DNA of 64,000 nucleotides from a virus: IMG/VR virus record IMGVR_UViG_3300024299_000001, positions 32,001 to 96,000 of that record; one strand, 5' to 3'. Shown piece by piece: positions 9,230 to 18,900 of this stretch (position 1 is its first letter; each line of letters starts with the position of its first letter). The notes under the pieces were generated by a model. It saw only the letters and a program-made list of their open reading frames with translations, ran no database searches and was not told where the DNA came from. The position numbers and the translations under genes were made by a program.

Positions 9230-9450
9230 GGTATAATTACCTCGCCTCCTGGTTTAGAGTGTTTATGTTTGAAGAGCTTCTTAAGAGTTTCAGTTCGCTC
9301 AACACAAGTATCAACTGTAACTTTACTGTTTAACCTCACCTCTATTTTATCCACGTCTTTATTAAGCTTGATCATCCAACTTTTGACAAAGAACCCAGAT
9401 ATTACAAATAGAAATGAAATCGCGCCCCATAGCATTTGTTCTTTCGTCAT
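9226..9450 (-). CDS. small membrane protein; holin candidate
   Basis: 74-aa ORF with TM 'LWGAISFLFVISGFFV' and a charged C-terminus. It overlaps the next gene by 4 nt. Confidence 0.5.
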   Translation of the reverse strand: MTKEQMLWGAISFLFVISGFFVKSWMIKLNKDVDKIEVRLNSKVTVDTCVERTETLKKLFKHKHSKPGGEVIIP

Positions 9451-9693
9451 ATAAAACTCCTTAATAAGTCTCTGTACTCAACGATAAGCCACCGAGCTGA
9501 TAAACCAAATAGCCGGTATACCCAGGGATTGTTATTAGTATTCATACAGTACTAGTACACTATGTGAGGTTTCTTTGCACTGATAAAATGAACGAAAAAT
9601 ATAATAATGCAACTCCTGACTAAAACAACACACCCATTCTCATCTTGGAGCTTCATACCGTCTGTTGTTCCACCGCTTATACCAACCATTGTG

Positions 9694-9963
9694 TTACCTC
9701 AGTACCATCAAAACTAGATTTGGTGTACCAGCAGACGCTTTAGCGTAAAATATAGTCTCACCTTTAGCTTGTGCTATATCTATATTAAAAGTTTGATTTG
9801 CTAAAGTTAAGCCATTTACTGTACCTGCTGTAGTATCAGATATATAAAATGCTGTTCCGTCGTCTACCCAAAAACTAATTGACCCGCAGCTTTGTGAAGC
9901 ACCTAGCGATATAGCAGTGTAGGTACTTGTGTTTAGCGCTGTTACGACCAGAGGTTGAATCAT
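9694..9963 (-). CDS. hypothetical small beta-rich protein coupled to giant ORF 2
   Basis: 89-aa ORF. Its ATG overlaps the stop of the 3275-aa gene (ATGA). Confidence 0.6.
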   Translation of the reverse strand: MIQPLVVTALNTSTYTAISLGASQSCGSISFWVDDGTAFYISDTTAGTVNGLTLANQTFNIDIAQAKGETIFYAKASAGTPNLVLMVLR

Positions 9964-12900
9964 AATGTACTCCTTTGTTTTTCGTACTTGTTTGGTTTAA
10001 AAGTTTGCTTCAAATTTCTATTTAGCCATTTGCCAGTTATATAAGGTATCAAGAGCTTGGGCTTAGAAGTATACACTGCATTGTTGTATGCACGTATCTT
10101 GTCTGCTAAGTCCATTAATATTTCTGGGTCTTGCTTATATAGTGGCAAAGTGTAAAATCTGTTGTAGCGTCGTAGTATGTCAGACCGGTCTGCAGTGTAC
10201 TCTCTACGTTCTTGCGTCTCTGACCATTGACGGTCACGGATAGCCGAGAGTCTTGACGGACTGAATGAGAAGAGTCTGAGTATAACTTCATACGGTGTGC
10301 TCTTCAGTGGTGTCGTACCGTGATACACAGGTGCATATGAACCAGTAGTAAGTCCTTCAGTAAACTCTCGTTTACCCTTGATGATATTACCCAGTGCTCT
10401 AGGTGCTAAGTCCTCAAGTCCTTTCTCAGTTTCACCAAATGTGAAGTGCTCGTACGCTTTGGCAAAGTCTGACCATATGGCAAGTGGTGCACCACCAATC
10501 TCTATGACCTTCTTAGGAAATGGACTATTCATCTGGAGTGATCCAGTCATGTCTATTCCAGTTGTTGCACCAATTAAACCTGTACGAGCTATAGTATCTG
10601 ATCCAGTTAAGTCTTCAATAAATTGGTAGAACCTTTCTTCTGGGTCTTCGTGTCCTGGCCACATAGCTTTGATAAGTGTAGTTAACATAGTAGCTGGTAC
10701 TCCAGCCAATAGAGCTGGCGCCATCAGCATATACAGTGGCGCAATAATCTGTTTCTTGTTAAGTCCAAGGTCAAGCATGTTCAGTATGTAGTTGTGCTGA
10801 AACTTCATAAATGTAAAGGGCAAGTCAAGTAGTCGTATCTTCTGGATAACCCAAGGCTTGGCTGCTTTACCATATGTACCATGAGCTTGACTTGATATTT
10901 CTTTGGCATGCTGCAGCAGTTCTTTATGCGCTTTCTCAATCAGCTTGGGGTCTTTAGAAGAGTTCAAGGTAGTGTTAATTCTCTTATACATCTCCTTATC
11001 AGACTGTCTTAGAGCTTTATAAGCAGCAAATATAGTTGTAGCACGATTCACCTTCTCAGTTGCTCCAAACATGACCATAGCGTGTTTTAGAATCTCATTA
11101 AAGACTCTAGAACCTATACCTTGTATTACACGAGCAGCCTCATAGTTGAAATTTGCTTCATCCCAGCCTTGACTTGTTATGTAGTCAAATATCGCCTTAT
11201 CTTCAGCTGATAACGTGCCTGAACCAACCAGACTATGTATACCTAGTTTCTTAGATAAGCCAGCTCTGTATTTTGTATACTGAGTAACACTGTTTGCTAC
11301 ATGCTTTCCAGACTGTGCAAGATTTAAGCCAGTGTAACCAGTAATTGTAGCAGGTACAGCAAGTACCATATTTGTCAAGTTGACTGCTGCTGAACTTACA
11401 CGACCACCTAAGTACATGACGACTGCTAAAGCTTTGAAGTAACCAACAGCTCTGTCAAACCCTGTATCAGGCTTTAAGAAGAACTGCATGTATAAACGTG
11501 TTGCTTTATATAATCCTTTCTGGGTAGTAGGATCAATTGCTTTTTTCTTTACTTCAGTCAAGTAGTCCGTGTACGTGCCTTTCTTGTTAGTCTTCTGCCA
11601 GTCTTTAAATGACGTTTCACGACCTGTAAAAGCTAGGAGCATGTTACGTGTTGTTGTACGACGTGCTTCACCAGCAGCAAGTCGCTGTGCGTAACTTGTA
11701 AAAGCTTTATTCATGTCAGTCTCGAAGCCAGCGTAGTATCTTTTAGATCGCTGTTTACGTGATGTCAGTCTACCTTTTATCTTATACACGTCTGCAATGT
11801 TCTGCGCCATTTGATTGTGTATAGACTGCAGTACTTTAGTATCAGCGTCTTTCTTAACATTTTCTTCTGCGTTCTTAAGTAACGAGTCCATAGATGTTAT
11901 GAGCCCAGGAACATCAAAGATCACATCAGTAGGTGTAGGAGTTACTTTTATACTTACGTCATAACCGAGTGCTTTAAGACGTCTTGCTTCCACACCAACT
12001 GGCATTCTTGTATTAATCAACTGACGTGTCTTATTTACCCAAGGAGAAGACAATACGTTCTGTGGCAGATACCCTGAGTAAGTCTTTGTCACTAACTTAC
12101 CGTTTGAGTGCTCCGCTTTTAGAACATAGGCTTTACTCTGTCGTTCTCTAGGAAAGTAAGTACCTCGTAAGTCGCCTATCCTTGTTATTAACTGGCTAAT
12201 GGCGAGCTGCCGTGTTTTGCCTTTGTCATCTGTATATTGTGCTGTAGGAGCTTTAAGTCCATTCTCTTTGGCACTTGCAACTTGGCGTCTTAGCTCTTCT
12301 GTTAGTAGTGTAAAGCCTCGGTCAGTCAACAAACGTGCTTCTTTCACCATGTCCAGAGATGCTTGATTGAACTTGCGTTTCTTGAGCATCTGCTGCTCGA
12401 ATGATATCATCTTGCGTGTGGCTTCTTCTTCAGTCTTAGCTCTTCCAACAACTTTGTTAGATGGGTTCATCACTAGCCATGTAGTCTTCACCACTTTAGC
12501 GTTCTCAGTCTTTGTCACTGTGCTCTTAGTCTTTACTGAATATCCTCTACCTGTTGCATCTGTCTGCAGTAAGTAGTCATTAGCAATCTTGTAAGCTTTC
12601 TTGTAGCCACTAGTCTTCTTAAGATTCTTAATCAAGTTAGTCCAGTTACCGAGCACGAACTTCTCAATAGTATATTTAAGGTTATCTTCTCGTAATGCAT
12701 GACTCATAACCTTCTTGGCTTGTGCACCACGTCTCAAGTAATACTCAGGAGAGTTAAACAGTAAGCCCATGATACCGATGTTCTGCTCATGTGCTTTCCT
12801 TGTGAAGCCGTCACTTTCATCAAGCTTGTCAGATTCGTCAATCACGTTGTTGAATAGCTTAGCAATCTTAGCACGTAAAGGCACTTTAGAGGTTTCTTGA

Positions 12901-15900
12901 TCTTTCATCACGTCTCTAAAGAGCTTCTCTGCCTCTGCCTTATTGTCACCCAATATCTCGCCATCTAGTTTAGCTTGTTCAGCTTTAGTACGCACCTTAG
13001 CTGCGAGTGGTACTTTATCAGCAGATACGGTGTCGATAAGCTCTTGATTAAACTCAAACGAATTAAATTCTTTACCTGCTTTTGCGTAGTCTTTTATCTT
13101 GGTTGTAGTTAACTTACCACCGCCATATGGTTTAAATAACTTAGTAATAGTTTGTGGAAGATACTCTGTGTACTTCTTTACTATACCATCAACTATTTGA
13201 ATACCTTCAGTTGAGTCATATATCCATTTACCATCAGCATCTTGTCTAAAATTACTAGGCCAACCTTCTATAGCTGCTACATGATAAGGAGTCTTTGCCC
13301 AGATAAGTTTTGTGTGTCCTAGTGCTACGGCTTCCATAACCGCTCGTTTAAGAGCTAACTGAGTAGAATTGTCTTTAAATGGAAGATCGGGCTGTGCTCT
13401 AAGACTTTTTTTAGCTAAGAATGCTGGTTCTATAAGTTTTTCCATAACTTTTGAATCACGAATTATACTTTCTACGTCTTGTACAGAGATAGATTTACGT
13501 ACGTCTCTAGACAATCCACGTATTATATTAATCGCTAAATCTTCTGCGTCTACGTAAATAGCGGGACTATATGGACCAAAAGGACCAAAGAAACGTCCTT
13601 CCACGTGTATTTTAAAGTTTCTTTTTACGTCTTTATCATCTAAGTTTTTCTTCGTTATAGGAATAGTATCGTGCATCTTATTGACTATATAGTTTACATA
13701 ATGTTTAACTTTGGCATTTCCAGGTTCAGTTAACTGCCTTAGTTTAAGCGTATTTTTATCATATGTTTTTTTATCAGTATACCCGTACTTCTTTGCGTCT
13801 TGATGAGTATCAGACTGAATCTCGTGTATATATAATCCGTCACCTATAGAAGATACACGTAAATGTACTACTTCATTTTCTAACCTAAAGTGTTTACCTT
13901 TTTTACTAAGTTCAGTGTCTTTTATAGCTGGAATTTGTATAATTATCTCTTGGTAGTCTTTTAAACCTGTGGCTGTTGGTAAAGTAACATAGTCAGCTTC
14001 AACAGGCGCATTTCTATAAGCATCGCTAAATAAGGCGTCTTGTACCTCAGTTAAGTAACCTTGATCTTGTACAGCGTCTCGAATAATTCGCCAGTCTTCT
14101 ACTAAGTCTTCGTCAGCAAGTAAAAAGTCTTTGCTTTGTTTACTCATTAAGTCAGAGCTAATTGGAGCTAAACTATCTCTAAGAGAATTACTGTCTAAAG
14201 ATGTGTCGTTTAAAACATTAATTAAAAGATGATCCCGTACTTCAGGATATACACCTAAATTGTCTAACTTATCACGAATTATGTCTCTGAATACTATATA
14301 CTTATCATCCACAGCTACAATTAGTGTAGCAAAAGTATAAGACTCGCCTTTATTAAAATCACCATTTATATCTGGATACTCAGTTTCATTAATAGGCTTT
14401 GTTAAAAGTTCATTAACTCTATTAACAGCAGGTCCCGAAAACCCACTAGCTCGTTCAGCTATATAGTCTTCTGGATTTATACCTTCTTCATGTAACTGAT
14501 CAAATAGTGTTATATCGCGACCACCTAGTACAGTCTCATCCATTCTTGCTTTTAGGCCGTACTTAGCTAAGTGGTCCATAACTTGCTGCTTAGTAACTTT
14601 GCCTTTCTGTTTCTGCATCCACTCACGTAAATTAGAAAAGAAGAACTCTTCTTTTACATGAATCGGCATAGACTTGTTTGTCCAAGACTTAAATGTGTTA
14701 AGCCAGTTTTCAGGAGTCGCTTTACCTGGACCCTTAGCTTGTATGAAGTCGTCTTCAAGTCGTGAAGAAAACTTAGGTGCCAACTTAGAAGCTTTAGGTT
14801 TCGTTGGCGGTTTTAAAGGCAGTATATCAGCGTTCTTTCTGTCTTTGGCTTTCTCTAGTACGGTAATATTTCCAGGTGTTGTCATACCACCCTGAGGCTT
14901 AGCTTTATAACCACCAAAAGCGTCATCATATACTTTTGCAAAAGCTATCATGCCAGAAGTTAAAAAATCATATCGTTGTTCTAACTCAGCTTTTAACTTC
15001 GTGTACTCCCTAAATTTAAAAATACCTATTTCAGCTGTTAAAGCTTGCTTAGCATTCCATATTTTCTTTCTAGCTTGTACGTCAGTATCTTCAGCTTTTA
15101 TACCTGTTGCAGCGTCCCAAATTTTAAAAACTTCAGGTCGCATAGCATAATAAACTCGATCAGCTACTTCTACAGGAGTAATTGCAATTCTGTCGTTTAC
15201 CGACGTTTTATCGTAAGCCGACTTTGCAGGGAATTTTATTATTTTAGAAGCTAAGGGAATATCATTACGTTTTTTAACTACAGTTTGATTTAGTATTTTT
15301 TGATCCCATATAACGTAGTTAAAAGTTTTTCTTTCGTATCTTTTATACCGCGTCCAACCATCAATGAAACGTAAACCTGGAATACCAAATTTTTTAAACT
15401 CTAATGACGCAGCTTTATCTGATCCAAGCGCTTTAGATACGGCTCTGTATATATAACTACCTAGAGTATTATTATTTATACGCCGCATGTGAAGCTTGTT
15501 TTTGTATGGCACACTGTTTTTTCTTTGTACACTGTTAATAAGCTTGTGCATCTTTGCTCGTGCCATTGGTTTTTGTTGACCTAATGTTCTATCCCAATGA
15601 AAAAGTTGACTTATAGCAGGCGAAGGCATTTCTAACTTATACAAAGACGCGTCTTTATTAGTTGAGCGCGTAAAGTTTATCTTAGCTTGTTTAAGTTTCC
15701 AAGCATTTATAAGATGCCCTGCTTGATCATATAAAGGCAGTAGCCGTGCATTTTCAAAAGATGCTTGATCACGACGTAAGGCTTCAAGTTCAATATCTAA
15801 ATACCACAAAGCATCTTCATATATTTCTTGTGTGTCGTGTATATGTGTAGTACCATTAAATGCAAATCCTACATATGCAAGTGCTATATCTTCAGCAGTA

Positions 15901-18900
15901 TTAGCGTCAACAAACTGGCCGAATAAAATTTTAGTATTATATGCAGTAGGATTGAACTTAATTTTCTTGCCATTTACTGTTACACCTGTTATATTATACG
16001 CTGGAAACTGAAAATACTTATAGTAGTCTAATCCAGTAGCCTTCATTTGGGCCCCATAAAAACCCCAACCATAAGTTTGTACGCCTGATCCAGTACTCAT
16101 TTTATCTAAACGCGGTCTACCGTGTTTAAATCTTGATTCTTTTTGCCAAGTAACTGGACTGCCATGATATACTCTAGACGCAAGTGGAGCTGAACTTGTT
16201 AGTGTAGTATGTCCAAGCTTATTTCTGAGAATGTTACCGACGATCAAACCCATCTCATATCCAGATAAGTTCTCGGTCATGCCTAACTTACGTTTCAACC
16301 AAGCTTTAAGCTTGAAAACCATCTCTTTATAGAACGGGAGCTTTGTGTTAGCTTCATTCTGGATGTAGTGCATCAGAGTTTCTTCTTCCCATACTTCTGG
16401 TTTACTAGGATACTGTTCCTTTACCCAGTTATGTATATCGAGCAGGACTTTATCTGTCTTGATTCTCTTGGCTGCTGACGCTATGAAGCTGTTATACATT
16501 GCTTTGAATTGCTTGTCTGAAGCCAAAAGTAGATGACCGCCTTCATGGAGTATAACACCCTTGGCTCCACCAGCTCTCACAAGATTCTCAAGCACTAAAT
16601 ATAGCTTGCCTTTCCAGTAAACACCAGCAACTCTGTTCTTTTCACCTTTGGAGTACTTAGGATCGTCAAAGTCAAGTTCCTGAGTTGAGTCATATTCTTC
16701 GAGGTTAAACTCTTTCTTCACTCCATCTGGTAAGTCTTCCTGGTAGTCTACTGCCTCTACTTTTGACAGGGGGTCATCGATACCCATGTCTTGCATATCC
16801 TGCACAACTTGTGACTCTACGCCTCGAATTTTTATTTGTTCAGCTTTAGTTCTTTTAATGACTTTTTTCTTAGGTTTGGAGCCTTTCTTAGCTGGTTTCG
16901 AGCTCTTTTTAGCTTTCTTAGTAGTAGCGCTAGTCTTCTTCTTTTTAGTCGATTTTTGGCTATCTATAGGCTCCGACTTTTCTACTTTTTTCTTAGCTTC
17001 GCTCTGTGATTCAAGCTCGCGTATTTTATCTTCTATTTGTTTAGCAAATTCAGGGTCTTTCTTCTTATACTCAGTCAGCATACCTTTTAATTCAGCTATG
17101 CGCTTGTTAATAGCTTTAACAGATGGAGTACCACCAAAGAACCTATCAATAGCTGCACTCATTTCTTTTTTATCGGTGATAGGAGAAGATTCTTCTTTTT
17201 TAGCTTCGCTCTGTGATTTCTTAAGGTTCATTGTAGCATGCAGACGCTTTACTTTTAAATCATGAATTATCTTTTTTGTATCAGTTATAACGTCTTTATG
17301 TGCGCCACCTTCTTTGGCATGCTTTAATACATACTGCTGCCCGGCTATCTTGGCGTTAATTTTATCTAACTCAGATTGTTCTTTTGATATTACTTTTGTG
17401 TCTTTATTCTTTGGCTTTGGAAGCTTGGTACTCTTCTTTTTTGTCTTTGGCTTTTCTACTTTCGTCTTCTCTTTAGACTTAACCTGGCCTTTCTTATCTT
17501 TTGTAATTGTCTTCTCTTTGAACTTGGGTTTCCAGTCAATTGGTACCCAGCGAACTCTGCCGTCATCAAACTCAGCTCGTTTTATAAAACCTTTTTTCTC
17601 AAGGACTTTAAATGTCTGTGCAGTAACACCAGTTTTAGGACGCTCTTCTTTTTCCATGGCGTCAATGGCTTTTTGATTAAGCCACTTGAAATTACCAACA
17701 ATTTTCTTACCATCCATAATTACAGGATAAGGCTTATAATCGTTTTCATCCAGGAGAGATTCCTGTATTTGACCTAAAGCTAGACGTTGAAATTTACTCA
17801 GAGGCTTTTGCTCGCTTGCTTCAGCAGCGTTAAACGGTGTAAACTCTTTCTCTGTTTCATTCGATTGTACATATGGGCCAACTTTAGTCTTAGTATTTTG
17901 TTTTTTAAGCTGAGCTGAATATACTGTACTTGCAAACTCCGCTTGCATTACTTGTACTTCTTTTTTGTCTTTTGGTAGTCCTGTGTCATTCGTTTTTTTA
18001 TTTACATACGCAGTAAAGCTGGAGTGCTTCTTAGCAAAAGTTAACTTTTGAGCAAGAGACATCTTACCCCATTTTATAGTATCTGGCACAGGTAGTATAG
18101 AGTCTTTGTCTTTTACTTCTTCTGTCTCTTTCTTTAAGCCCTTAGTCTCGACCTTAATACTCTTCATATTAGCTTCGCCACGTAACTCATTCTTCTGAGC
18201 TGCTGAGTATCCTTTCCAGTCTTCTTCTGTTACGTTGGCAAGCTTGATTACTTCAGCATCAGATAGCTTCTTCGGCTTAGGTGTTTTCTTGGGTGCAGCT
18301 TCTGCTTCACCAGTGTCTTCACGTATAACAAAACCACCCTTAACTTGCTGAACTTTAAACTTTTTCTCTGGATCAAGCTTCCGTATCTTAAGAGCACCTT
18401 CTGCTTTTTTCTTTGTTGTATATGGCTTAGTACTACGTGCAGGAAGTAAGTCACTTTCAAGCATGTCACTTAAGTCTTCTTCAGTGATTACTTCTTCTGC
18501 ATCTGTGGTTTCTTCAGTTTCTTCTTCCTCTGTTTCTTCTATTGTTTCTTCTTCAGCATTCTCAGCAAACTGAGTAGTAGTTGGTTCTTGCTGTACTTCG
18601 TCTTGAATACTGTCAGGTACAGATAAGTCTTTTTTAATACCTGACTTAGTTGCTGCTACAAATGCACCAGCACCGCCTATAGCACCACCTGATACACCAG
18701 ATTCTACTATACGTTTTATATTCTCAGGTGTCAGAAACTTCTCATCTGTATTAGCAACAATATTAAGTATTGAACTTACTTCCTGACCAGCTTCCTGTAA
18801 CATTTCTGATGGTATATTTGTAAGCAGTTTTTTAGCAGCACGTTTTAAGTATGACCCAGGCATGCCTTTAGCAATAGCACCTACAAAGTCGTCAACTAAA

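Noticed and set aside
9552-9689. 45-aa minus-strand ORF (MVGISGGTTDGMKLQ...) in the 243-nt gap after the 9694-9963 gene
   Set aside because: It has no SD, an odd composition, and leaves a further 100-nt gap. I judged it more likely to be non-coding spacer or promoter region for the lysis genes.
13350-16200. Apparent AT-richer block inside giant gene 2 coinciding with the ART-like and EIQSD domains, hinting at a horizontally acquired cassette
   Set aside because: Hand counts of 60-nt samples gave roughly 23-42% GC inside versus 35-53% outside, which overlaps too much to support a claim. A proper sliding-window GC and codon-usage calculation would be needed.
16786-17676. Antisense track ORFs inside giant gene 2 (159 aa and 120 aa). 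Similar cases are 37168-37569, 45323-45976, 47264-47773 and 25869-26136.
   Set aside because: They mirror low-complexity (Lys-, Glu-, Ala- or Gly-rich) coding sequence on the opposite strand, have no SD, and give Ser/Phe/Leu-rich nonsense translations.
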